Program-made: the position numbers and the translations under genes
Assembly (NCBI GenBank): GCA_963798085.1
Contig: CAWCRS010000003.1
Coordinates: forward strand, 416,001 to 480,000
DNA: 64,000 nucleotides
Reading direction: 5' to 3'
Origin: an uncultured Gemmatimonadales bacterium
GTDB taxonomy: Bacteria > Gemmatimonadota > Gemmatimonadetes > Longimicrobiales > RSA9
Notes under the pieces: model-generated
What the model saw: only the letters and a program-made list of their open reading frames with translations
Database searches by the model: none
What the model was told of the DNA's origin: nothing
In this document: piece after piece, positions 41,304-50,726 of the stretch
Numbering within the stretch: position 1 is the stretch's first letter
How the letters are laid out: every line of letters begins with the position of its first letter

Positions 41304-42467
41304 TCAGGCCGGCGGGACAGGTGCGATGGGCAGGAGCGAAGCTCCCGGTGCGGGACGCAGAACGTACAGCGTCGCCTGCTTCCCCGTGGAGCGGCGATAC
41401 TCGTATTCGACGCGTTCCTTGAAATCGCGCACTGCGTAGCGCGCCACCAGCGACAGCGTGCAGCCGCCGAAGCCCGCGCCCGTCAGGCGGCTGCCGAACA
41501 CGCCCGAAATTGAGCGCGCGGCCCGCACCAGCGCCTCCAGCTCGGGGGTCGACACCGCAAAATCGTCGCGCAGGCTCTCGTGTGACTCGTTGATGTAGCG
41601 GCCCACGCGCCAGATCGCGCCCGCCTCGAGCGCCGCCGCGGTGTCGCGCGTCCGCTCGATCTCTGTTACCACGTGTCGCGCGCGTCGGCGCAGCACCTCG
41701 GGCAGATCGCCGGCGCGGCGCGCGAATTCCTCCATCCCCACATCGCGCAGTCGGCGCACGCCCAGCAGGCGAGCGGCTTCCGCACACTCCGCCACGCGCT
41801 CGTTGTAAGCGGACGCGTGCAGATCGCGCGCGACGCCGGAATCCGCGGCCACCAGCATCACATCATCCTGCATGGGCACGGGCATGCACTCCAGCGTCCG
41901 GCAATCCAGAAAAATTGCATGACCCGTCTCGCCGAAGACGGACGCGAACTGGTCCATCACGCCGCAGCTCACGCCCACCCACTCGCATTCCGCGCGATGA
42001 CACAGGTCGACGATCTCGAGGTCCGTCAGTGTGCGATTGGCCGCGCCCAGCAGTGCGCGCGCAGTAGCGACTTCCAGCGCGGCGGATGAAGAAAGACCCG
42101 CGCCCCGCGGCACATCGCCGGAGATGGCCAGGTCGGCGCCGGGCAGTCGCACGCCCACGCGTTCCAGCATTGCGGACACGCCCTGCACATAGGAAGTCCA
42201 GAGCGGCCGGCGTTCGGCGGGATGATCGAGATGGAAGGCCGCGTCCTCGCCCAGGTCCACGGCCAGCACGCGCACCCTCCGGTCACTGCGCGGCGAGGCC
42301 GCCACTGCAACATCCAGGTCAATGGCGAGAGGCAGCACGAAGCCATCATTGTAGTCGACGTGCTCGCCAATGAGATTCACGCGCCCCGGCGCGCGGGCCA
42401 GCACAGCCGGCGGCTGGCCGTAAGCCCACTCGAATGCTTCCGCTGCCCGGTCCCCGGCGTATCGCAT
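41304..42467 (-). CDS. galK: Galactokinase
   Basis: APGRVNLIGEHVDYNDG, PRGAGLSSSAA, CGVMDQ and RLTGAGFGG motifs. Confidence 0.95.
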   Translation of the reverse strand: MRYAGDRAAEAFEWAYGQPPAVLARAPGRVNLIGEHVDYNDGFVLPLAIDLDVAVAASPRSDRRVRVLAVDLGEDAAFHLDHPAERRPLWTSYVQGVSAMLERVGVRLPGADLAISGDVPRGAGLSSSAALEVATARALLGAANRTLTDLEIVDLCHRAECEWVGVSCGVMDQFASVFGETGHAIFLDCRTLECMPVPMQDDVMLVAADSGVARDLHASAYNERVAECAEAARLLGVRRLRDVGMEEFARRAGDLPEVLRRRARHVVTEIERTRDTAAALEAGAIWRVGRYINESHESLRDDFAVSTPELEALVRAARSISGVFGSRLTGAGFGGCTLSLVARYAVRDFKERVEYEYRRSTGKQATLYVLRPAPGASLLPIAPVPPA

Positions 42468-42643
42468 GCGGAAACCCGTATTGCGTGTGGTAATCGGCGG
42501 CACCGCGAGGCTGCGACGCGAGAGTCCCAACATGCCCCGGCCTGCCCTTCCCGGCAAGCAGTTTCTGACTGGCGCATGCCCCGCGACCACCCCACTTTGT
42601 CCTCCCCTGCACACCTCACACCCTCCAGGGCCTGCGAATGAGC

Positions 42644-44381
42644 ATGCAAGCAAAGCTCCGCCGTGCATTGACCGCGCTCGCGCTCACCGGCAGCGCCGCC
42701 GTTACCGCGTGCAGCCGCGAACCCGCCGTGGAGCCCGCTACGCTCGTGCTGCGCAACGGCAAGGTCGTCACTGTCAATGACTCGCTGCCCGAGGCACAGG
42801 CGGTGGCCGTGCGTGGCTACACCATCGCCGCAGTGGGGACCGACGCGCAGATCCGGCGCTACATCGGCCCCAGCACGCAGGTCATCGACCTGAAGGGTCG
42901 CCTGATGGTGCCGGGTCTCATCGAAGGACACGGCCACTTCATGGGTCTGGGCACTGCAGAGATGGTGCTCGATCTGACCACCGCAAAGAACTTCGATGAC
43001 ATCGTCGCCTTGGTCCGCGACGCCGTGAGCAAGGCCCGCCCCGGCGACTGGATCTTCGGCCGCGGCTGGCATCAGGAGAAATGGGACCGGAAGCCCGAGC
43101 CCAATGTCGAAGGGGTTCCACTGCACGCCGCACTGGACAGCGTCTCACCGGCTAACCCGGTGCTGCTCACGCACGCCAGCGGTCACGCCGCCTTCGCCAA
43201 TGGCGCGGCACTGCGCGCCGCGCACGTCACGCGCTCGACACGCAACCCCAATGGCGGCGAGATCGTGAAGGATGCGTCGGGCGAGCCTACCGGACTGCTG
43301 CGCGAGACGGCGCAGGGGCTGGTGAACCGCGCTGCCGACGCCCGCTCCCGTTCCCTCGACGATGTGCGTGCCGAACGGCGCCAGCAGGTCGTTCTCGCCG
43401 GCAAGGAAGCGGTCGAGCACGGCATTACCAGCTTTCAGGACGCCGGCTCCTCCTTCGACATCATCGATTTCCTGAAGTCGCTCGAAGACCGTAACGAGCT
43501 GCCGCTGCGGCTGTACGTCATGATCCGCGGCGAGCCGCCCGAGTCGCTCGAAGCCAAACTCGATCGTTACCGCATGGAACCCCAGGGCAATGACTACCTC
43601 ACCGTGCGTGCCATCAAGCAGGTCATGGATGGCGCCCTCGGCTCCCATGGCGCCTGGCTGCTGCAGCCCTACACTGACATGCCCTCGAGCACGGGCCTGA
43701 ATACCACGCCGCTCGATGTCATCGAGCGCATCGCTCGCATCGGCTTCGCCCACGGACTATCAGGTGAACATCCACGCGATCGGCGATCGCGCCAACCGCG
43801 AAGTGCTCGACGTCTACGAGCGCATCTTCGCGCAGGACACGACGAAGCACGACCTGCGCTGGCGCATCGAGCACGCGCAGCATCTCGATCCCGCCGACGT
43901 GCCACGCTTCGCGCCCCTGCACGTGCTGGCATCGATGCAGTGCAACCACGCCACTTCCGACGGACCCTGGGTGCCTTCTCGCCTGGGCGATGAACGGTCG
44001 AAAACCGGCGCCTATGTCTGGCGCGACCTGATCAATGCCGGCGCCCAGATCAACGTCGGCACCGACGTGCCCGTCGAGCACCTCGATCCCATCCGCAACT
44101 TCTACTCGTGCGTCACCCGCATGACGAAGGATGGCACGCCCTTCTATCCCGAGCAGAAGCTCACCCGCGAGGAAGCATTGCGCGGCTACACCATCAACAA
44201 TGCATACGCCGCGTTCGAGGAGAACATCAAAGGCTCGATCAAGGCAGGGAAATACGCCGACTTCACCGTCATCGACAAGGACATCATGACCATCCCCGAC
44301 GCCCAGATCCCCACCGCGCGCGTCGACTACACCATCATTGGTGGCGAAATCAGGTACAGGCGGGAGGGCGTTTCTAACTGA
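42644..44381 (+). CDS. Amidohydrolase_3 (YtcJ-like) lipoprotein, frameshift near 43755
   Basis: PGLIEGHGH, DGALGSHGA, HAIGDRA, RIEHAQ, GTDVPVE and GKYADF motifs. Confidence 0.9.
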
Positions 44382-44403
44382 CTGTCAGGCTGGATTTCGT
44401 TTC

Positions 44404-44655
44404 TCGGGCTGGGGCTCGGGCTGGGCTGGGAACTCACGGCGGAATCGGGATTCGCTGCGCGCCGGCGCCTGCTGCGCTGCGATGCCCGACAGCAATGGAG
44501 TACTGCCAACCCCACCGCACGGCCAGCCCATCCACCGCGCATGCGGACTGAAACGTGTCTTCCCAGCCGGAGCCCCGGCAACGCCGCTTCTCCATTGGAT
44601 CCGTACGAATCCGTTCCCCAGCAACCAGCCCCAGCAACCAGCGCCAGCAACGGCG
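44404..44655. repeat. REP/MITE-like element with CCAGCAACCAGC subunits between convergent genes
   Basis: GTTCCCCAGCAACCAGCCCCAGCAACCAGCGCCAGCAAC starting at 44613; degenerate inverted arm at 44404-44433. Confidence 0.65.
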
Positions 44656-44667
44656 TCCAGTCCGTTC

Positions 44668-45579
44668 CTAGTAATTGAGCAGCAGCTCCAGACTCACGAC
44701 CCGCTCGGGCGTGAGAAAGAACTGCCCTACGTACGAGTTGCCCCCTAGATAACGCAGCAGCAGACCGGCGTTGCGCCCGCCGCGCGTGGCGTGCACGCCG
44801 GCCGCAAGCGCGTACGAGCTTTGCCATGCGGAACGCTCCGCGCTCTGCCAGTCGGCGCCTGTCGTGACCATCCAGTGGTGACTGGCGAACGGATGCAGCC
44901 GCGCGTCTGCTCCCGCCTGCAGCGTGAAGCGGTCCTGGCGACGGTCTTCGATCAGGATCTCCGTGTTGTCCGTGTTCGAGTGGAACACCCAGCCGCCACC
45001 GCCGTAGATCCGCAGCCCCGCGACATTCCTGGCCAGCATGCCGTCGATCGCCTCGCCGCCCATCTCAATGCGCTGCCCGCCTGTGGACTGCGAGAATTCG
45101 TCGCCCAGGTGTGAGCTGCGGTGAATGATGCGCAGCCGGACTGCGGTCGGACCCCACGCCATCTCGACCGGCATGCCCACCGCCCAGTCTTCCGAGAGAT
45201 CGTCACGGCTCGGCAGCTGGATGCGGAAGCGTGCGAAGACGCCGGCGGTCGCGCCGAAGAGCAGGCCGCCGCCCGGCCAGGCGTGATAGAGCACGGGTAT
45301 CGTCGTCCCAATGGCAGCAGCGGCCTGCATCTCCGCCTTTGTGCCGGGTGATCGCAGGTAGAGCGGTCGCTCCGGTCCACGGCGCTCGAACAGGTCTGTT
45401 CGCACCAGGCCGATCGCGAAATGCGGCTCGAGCGGATCCGCTACCGGACTCGGGAAGAGGCGGACTTCGGGAAGGAACGACCAGGATCCCGCACCACTGC
45501 CATCCTGTGCTCGCGCGCTGTTGGGGAGCAGCGCCAGCAGCGCTGCCCCCCAGACTGCGGCCATGCGGTGCTGGCTCAA
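44668..45579 (-). CDS. DUF1207-like outer-membrane/secreted protein
   Basis: Signal peptide; FPSPVADPLEP and HRSSHLGDEF motifs; beta-strand pattern. Confidence 0.65.
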   Translation of the reverse strand: MSQHRMAAVWGAALLALLPNSARAQDGSGAGSWSFLPEVRLFPSPVADPLEPHFAIGLVRTDLFERRGPERPLYLRSPGTKAEMQAAAAIGTTIPVLYHAWPGGGLLFGATAGVFARFRIQLPSRDDLSEDWAVGMPVEMAWGPTAVRLRIIHRSSHLGDEFSQSTGGQRIEMGGEAIDGMLARNVAGLRIYGGGGWVFHSNTDNTEILIEDRRQDRFTLQAGADARLHPFASHHWMVTTGADWQSAERSAWQSSYALAAGVHATRGGRNAGLLLRYLGGNSYVGQFFLTPERVVSLELLLNY

Positions 45580-46013
45580 TTCGAAAGAACCACGTACGCC
45601 GGTTCGCCCGTGCGTGCGGAGATGCCTGCCGCCTGCTGCACCGCGGCATCGAGCTGGACACCGGACGCGCTTGCCGGTACGCGGACCGTGCGCTCTGCCG
45701 GCGCATCATCGCCGCTCGCCGCGGCGCACTGTACGGTGATCGTCATCGGACTGTAGATCCCCCATGTGATCACGCGCACCAACGCATTCATGAAGCTCAT
45801 CTGCGTTTCTACCTTCGCCACGCCGTTCGGACACTTCTGCGCCGTCTCCACGACGTGCGGAGGCACCAGGCCATCCACGAACGAGGTCGCCCACTTGTTT
45901 TCGACAACCGTACCCGACGGCTGCCGGCCCGTATCCACGATTGCGTGATAGCAACCGCCGCTCACGAGCGCGGCGCCAACCAGCAGACTGCTGCCCAACC
46001 AGCGACTCTTCAC
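45576..46013 (-). CDS. Bor/Iss family lipoprotein
   Basis: Lipobox SGGC; GLVPP, CPNGVAKVETQMSF and TWGIYSPMTITVQC motifs; RBS AGGAGG. Confidence 0.75.
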   Translation of the reverse strand: MKSRWLGSSLLVGAALVSGGCYHAIVDTGRQPSGTVVENKWATSFVDGLVPPHVVETAQKCPNGVAKVETQMSFMNALVRVITWGIYSPMTITVQCAAASGDDAPAERTVRVPASASGVQLDAAVQQAAGISARTGEPAYVVLSN

Positions 46014-46457
46014 GACGTACCTCCTGATCCTCGAGAAACCTCGCCCCACACCGGGGCATGGACCAACCACCTCCTACCGCACCCGACCCGCATCCTGATT
46101 TCACCCGGCCTCGCGGGATCGTTGGCTCACTCCCTTCGAAGCTCCTGCCAGCGGGTCGCGGCTCGGGCAGCTTTCGTCGACGACCTGGCGCGTGCGCCGC
46201 TCGCCACGCGAATCGGCTCAACGCGCATGCTTCCACCCGCCGGGTCCTATTGTGCCCCCCGCCGGCGAGGGGCACAATTGTGTCCGGGCCGCGGAACGCC
46301 GTCAAGCGCGGGCTTCAGCCGATTTCTTGCGGGTCGCGGCACTGAACATTCCAGCCTCGACGCCTGCACGCGCCCAACAGGCGACGCCCCTGCCGCGTCA
46401 ACAACGATCGGGTGGCACCGCGGGAACAGCCGTGGTGCCGTTGAGGTTGGAAACCGG

Positions 46458-47606
46458 ATGCTGAAACGAATGACAATGACTGTGGGCCGGCGGCGTTTCG
46501 CCTCCCTTGCCGCCGCACCGCTGTTGCTCTGCATTGCCCTGCCGGGTTGCAACGGCGCGCCTCCCCCGCCAACCGCACAGCATGTCCCGGTCGCGATTGC
46601 CACCGCGCAATTGCAGGATGTGCCTGTCGATCTCACCGCCAATGGGCGCGTCGAGCCGATCCAGACGGTCTCGATCGAGCCGCAGGTGAACGGGGTCATC
46701 ACCGAGGTCGCCTTCCATGAAGGCGATGATGTGCAGGTGGGCCAGGTCCTGTTCCGCATCGACGCGCGGCCCTACGAAGCGGCACTGCGTCAGTCGCAGG
46801 GCGCGCTGGCCCGCGACCTCGCTCAGGCGGTCAGTGCCGAAACCGACGCGAAGCGCTTCGCGACGCTTGCGGGCAAGGACTTCGCTACGCGCTCCGAAGC
46901 GGAGAAATCGCAGGCCACCGCGGCCGCACTGCACGCTACCGTCCAGGCGGACAGCGCCGCGGTCGAGGCCGCCCAGCTGAACCTCAGCTATTGCACCATC
47001 CGCGCACCGGTCGCCGGGCGCACCGGCAGTCTGCTCGTGCACCTCGGCAATGTGGTGCGTACCGGGGCTGGTACCTCGCTGGTCGTGATCAACCAGCTGC
47101 GTCCCATCCTCGTGCGGTTCGCTGTGCCGCAGCGCGAGCTGGGCGACGTGCAGAAGTACGGAACCGCCAGGCCACTCGTCGTCACCGCGCTGCCCGCTGA
47201 GGGGCAGGGAACAGACACCGACGGCGCACTGGTCTTCATCGACAACAAGGTGGATGGCACCACCGGCACGGTGACACTCAAGGCGAAGTTCGACAACGCC
47301 GGCGCCGTGCTCTGGCCCGGCCAGTTCATCACCGTGCGGCTGCGCCTCTACACGCAGACCGGCGCCGTGACTGTGCCGCCCGAGGCCGTCGTGCCCGGCC
47401 AGAATGGTAATTTCGTGTTTGTCGTGGACAGCACCCACAAGGCGCACATGCGCAAGGTGGTGGCGGGACGCACCACCGACACCGCAATCGTCATCGACCA
47501 GGGCGTGCAGGCCGGTGAGCAGGTGGTCACGGATGGGCAGTCCCGCCTCTTCGACGGCGCTACCGTCGACATCCGCGTCCGCGCCGAGCAGGACGAGAAC
47601 TCATGA
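46458..47606 (+). CDS. RND efflux periplasmic adaptor (MdtA-like)
   Basis: PQVNGVI, IDARPY, IRAPVAGRTG, DNKVDGTTGT and LWPGQF motifs. Confidence 0.93.
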   Translation: MLKRMTMTVGRRRFASLAAAPLLLCIALPGCNGAPPPPTAQHVPVAIATAQLQDVPVDLTANGRVEPIQTVSIEPQVNGVITEVAFHEGDDVQVGQVLFRIDARPYEAALRQSQGALARDLAQAVSAETDAKRFATLAGKDFATRSEAEKSQATAAALHATVQADSAAVEAAQLNLSYCTIRAPVAGRTGSLLVHLGNVVRTGAGTSLVVINQLRPILVRFAVPQRELGDVQKYGTARPLVVTALPAEGQGTDTDGALVFIDNKVDGTTGTVTLKAKFDNAGAVLWPGQFITVRLRLYTQTGAVTVPPEAVVPGQNGNFVFVVDSTHKAHMRKVVAGRTTDTAIVIDQGVQAGEQVVTDGQSRLFDGATVDIRVRAEQDENS

Positions 47607-50600
47607 ACATCGCAGAACCGTTCATTCGCCGGCCCGTCATGACCACACTGGTCATGATCACGGTGCTGTTTTTCGGCATCTTCGCCTATCGTCTGCTGCC
47701 CGTCAGCGACCTGCCGAATGTCGACTTCCCCACCATCACCGTGTCCGCCAGCCTGCCCGGCGCCAGTCCCGAGACCATGGCGTCCGCGGTTGCCACACCG
47801 CTGGAGAAGCAGTTCTCCACGATTGCCGGCGTCACGGACATGACATCCAGCAGCCAGCTGGGCTCGACGTCCATTACACTGCAGTTCTCGCTGAGCCGCG
47901 CAATCGATGCGGCCGCGCAGGATGTGCAGTCGGCCATTTCCAAGACGCTGCGCAGTTTGCCGCAGGGCATCGTGCCGCCTTCCTACCAGAAGGTGAACCC
48001 GGCCGACGACCCCATCCTCTACCTGTCGCTGACGTCCGATGTGCTGCAGCTCTCCAAGCTGGACAACTACGCGGAGACGTTCCTCGCGCAGCGCATCTCG
48101 ACCGTCGATGGCGTTGCACAGGTGTCGGTGTTCGGCGCGCAGAAATACGCCGTGCGCATCCAGCTCGACCCGCGCGCACTCGCCAGCCGCGGCATCGGCA
48201 TCGATGAAGTGGCTGCCGCCGTCAATAACGCCAACGTCAACATGCCCAGCGGCACGCTCTGGGGTTCCGAGCGCGCCTACACCATCCGCGCCAATGGCCA
48301 GATCGGCAATGCCGCCACATTCCGCAAGCTGGTCGTGGCCTGGCGCAATGGCGCACCCGTCCGCCTCGAAGACCTCGGCCAGGTCATCAATGACGTACAG
48401 GACAACCGCAACGCCAGCTGGTTCGACGGCGCGCGCTCCGTAACCCTCAGCATCCAGCGCCAGCCCGGCACCAACACGGTCGCCGTCGCCAATGGTGTGA
48501 AGCAGCTCGTCGCTTCACTGCACGATGAGCTGCCGCCCTCGGTGAAGGTCCACACACTGTACGACCGCTCCGAATCGATTCACGAATCCGTGCACGATGT
48601 GAAGTTCACCCTCTGGCTCACGCTCTGCCTCGTGGTCATGGTGATCTTCCTGTTCCTGCGCAACGTCTCCGCCACCGCCATTCCCAGCGTGGCGCTGCCG
48701 CTCTCCATCGTGGGCACCTTCTCGGCGATGTACCTGCTGCACTACAGCCTCGACAACCTCTCGCTCATGGGCCTGACCCTGGCCGTCGGCTTCGTCGTCG
48801 ATGATGCCATTGTCATGCTCGAGAACATCGTGCGTCACGTCGAGATGGGGAAACCGCGCATGCAGGCCGCACTCGACGGTGCGCGCGAGATCGGCTTCAC
48901 CATCGTGTCCATGACCCTGTCCCTTACGGCCGTCTTCATTCCCGTGCTGTTCATGGGCGGAATCCTTGGCCGCCTGTTCCACGAATTCGCCGTCACCATC
49001 AGTGTCGCGATCCTGGTGTCCGGCTTCGTCTCGCTCACGCTGACACCCATGCTCGCCGCGCGCTTCCTGCGTCGCCAGGACGGGCGTCATGGTCGGCTGT
49101 TCAATGCCTCCGAACGCGTGTGGGATCACATACTCGGCGGCTACGAGCGCAGCCTCGTCTGGGTCATGCGCCACCGCCCGCTGGCCGTCGTCTTCTCGCT
49201 CGTCATCCTGATCGCCACAGTCGCGCTCTTCATTCGTATGCCCAAGGGTTTCCTGCCGTCCGAGGACACGGGCCGCCTCGGCATCACCACGGAAACCGCG
49301 CAGGGCACGTCCTTCGAGGCAATGCTGCGCCATCAGCAGGCCGTGGCCGACATCGCCGCGCGTGACACCAACGTTGCGGATTTCATGTCCGCGGCAGGCG
49401 GCGGACGCGGCAGCGGCAATCAGGGCCGCCTCGTGCTGCGCCTCAAACCGCGCGGCCAGCGCCTTGACGTCGATGCGCTCACCCGCGAGCTGAATCGCAA
49501 GCTCAACACGGTGCCGGGCATTCGTGCGTACGTGCAGAACCCGCCGCCCATCCGCATCGGGCCGCGTACCACGAAGAGCATCTATCAGTTCACTTTGCAG
49601 AGTGCGGATGTCGATGCGCTGTATTCCGCCGCAGGTGTGCTCGAGGACAGTCTCAAGGGATTGCCGCAGCTGAAGGATGTCACCACCGATCTGCTCGTCG
49701 GCAACCCGGAAGTCAGCGTCGACATCGACCGCGATCGCGCCGCCGCGCTGGGTGTGACGCCCGCGCAGATCGAAGCGGGTTTGTACGACGCGTACGGCTC
49801 GCGCCAGGTCTCCACCATCTACACGCCCGACAACGAGTACTGGGTGGTGATGGAGCTGCTGCCCGAGTTCCAGCGTGATCTGCCCGCCCTCGACATGCTG
49901 TACATCCGCTCGGCGACCGGTGCGCTCGTACCGCTGGGCGCCGTGGCCTCGCTCGCGCGCTCCGCCGGCCCGCTCGCGGTCAACCATTCCGGCCAGCTGC
50001 CCTCGGTCACGCTCTCCTTCGACGTGCCCAAGGGCATCTCGCTCGGCTCCGCGGTCAATGCCGTGCAGCGCGTGGCCCGGCGCGTGCTGCCCGCCAGCAT
50101 CACGACCGGCTTCTCCGGCACGGCGCAGGCGTTCCAGCAGTCGCAGCAGGGCCTGCTGCTGCTGCTCGCGCTCGCCGTCTTCGTTATTTACACCGTGTTA
50201 GGAATCCTCTACGAGAGCTTCATTCACCCGCTCACCATCCTGTCCGCCCTGCCCTTCGCGGCCTTCGGCGCGCTGGTCGCGCTGCTGCTCTCCGGCACCG
50301 ACCTCAATGTGTACGCCTTCGTGGGCGTGATCATGCTCGTCGGCCTGGTCAAGAAGAACGGCATCATGATGATCGACTTCGCCATCGAGTCGGAGCGCAA
50401 TGACCGCGTCGATGCCGCCACTGCCATCGTACGCGCCAGCGTGGTGCGCTTCCGGCCCATCATGATGACCACCATGGCCGCGCTCATGGCATCGCTGCCC
50501 ATTGCCTTCGGCACGGGCGCGGGCGCCGAAGCACGCCGCCCCCTCGGCATCGCCGTCGCCGGCGGCCTCGCCTTTTCGCAGTTCGTGACGCTCTACGTGA

Positions 50601-50725
50601 CGCCCGTCGTCTACACGTACCTCGACGCGCTGCAGCGTCGCCTGGGTGTGCGCCACGCGCGCACGCCGGCCAGTACCGAAGTCGAACAGGCACGCGTGCA
50701 CCCCGCGGCGTCGCCCTCCTCATGA
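47603..50725 (+). CDS. RND efflux permease (MdtB/C-like)
   Basis: FIRRPV, LPNVDFPTI, GFVVDDAIVMLENI, VKKNGIMMIDF and RFRPIMMTT motifs. Confidence 0.95.
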   Translation: MNIAEPFIRRPVMTTLVMITVLFFGIFAYRLLPVSDLPNVDFPTITVSASLPGASPETMASAVATPLEKQFSTIAGVTDMTSSSQLGSTSITLQFSLSRAIDAAAQDVQSAISKTLRSLPQGIVPPSYQKVNPADDPILYLSLTSDVLQLSKLDNYAETFLAQRISTVDGVAQVSVFGAQKYAVRIQLDPRALASRGIGIDEVAAAVNNANVNMPSGTLWGSERAYTIRANGQIGNAATFRKLVVAWRNGAPVRLEDLGQVINDVQDNRNASWFDGARSVTLSIQRQPGTNTVAVANGVKQLVASLHDELPPSVKVHTLYDRSESIHESVHDVKFTLWLTLCLVVMVIFLFLRNVSATAIPSVALPLSIVGTFSAMYLLHYSLDNLSLMGLTLAVGFVVDDAIVMLENIVRHVEMGKPRMQAALDGAREIGFTIVSMTLSLTAVFIPVLFMGGILGRLFHEFAVTISVAILVSGFVSLTLTPMLAARFLRRQDGRHGRLFNASERVWDHILGGYERSLVWVMRHRPLAVVFSLVILIATVALFIRMPKGFLPSEDTGRLGITTETAQGTSFEAMLRHQQAVADIAARDTNVADFMSAAGGGRGSGNQGRLVLRLKPRGQRLDVDALTRELNRKLNTVPGIRAYVQNPPPIRIGPRTTKSIYQFTLQSADVDALYSAAGVLEDSLKGLPQLKDVTTDLLVGNPEVSVDIDRDRAAALGVTPAQIEAGLYDAYGSRQVSTIYTPDNEYWVVMELLPEFQRDLPALDMLYIRSATGALVPLGAVASLARSAGPLAVNHSGQLPSVTLSFDVPKGISLGSAVNAVQRVARRVLPASITTGFSGTAQAFQQSQQGLLLLLALAVFVIYTVLGILYESFIHPLTILSALPFAAFGALVALLLSGTDLNVYAFVGVIMLVGLVKKNGIMMIDFAIESERNDRVDAATAIVRASVVRFRPIMMTTMAALMASLPIAFGTGAGAEARRPLGIAVAGGLAFSQFVTLYVTPVVYTYLDALQRRLGVRHARTPASTEVEQARVHPAASPSS

Positions 50726-50726
50726 C

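Noticed and set aside
45231..46457. Long N-terminal extension of the RND adaptor
   Set aside because: It overlaps real minus-strand genes and is an open frame caused by high GC. The true start is near 46458.
48515..49987. Long antisense ORFs (also 25590-26807, 30040-31701, 7221-8705)
   Set aside because: These are shadow frames of real GC-rich genes with no recognisable motifs.
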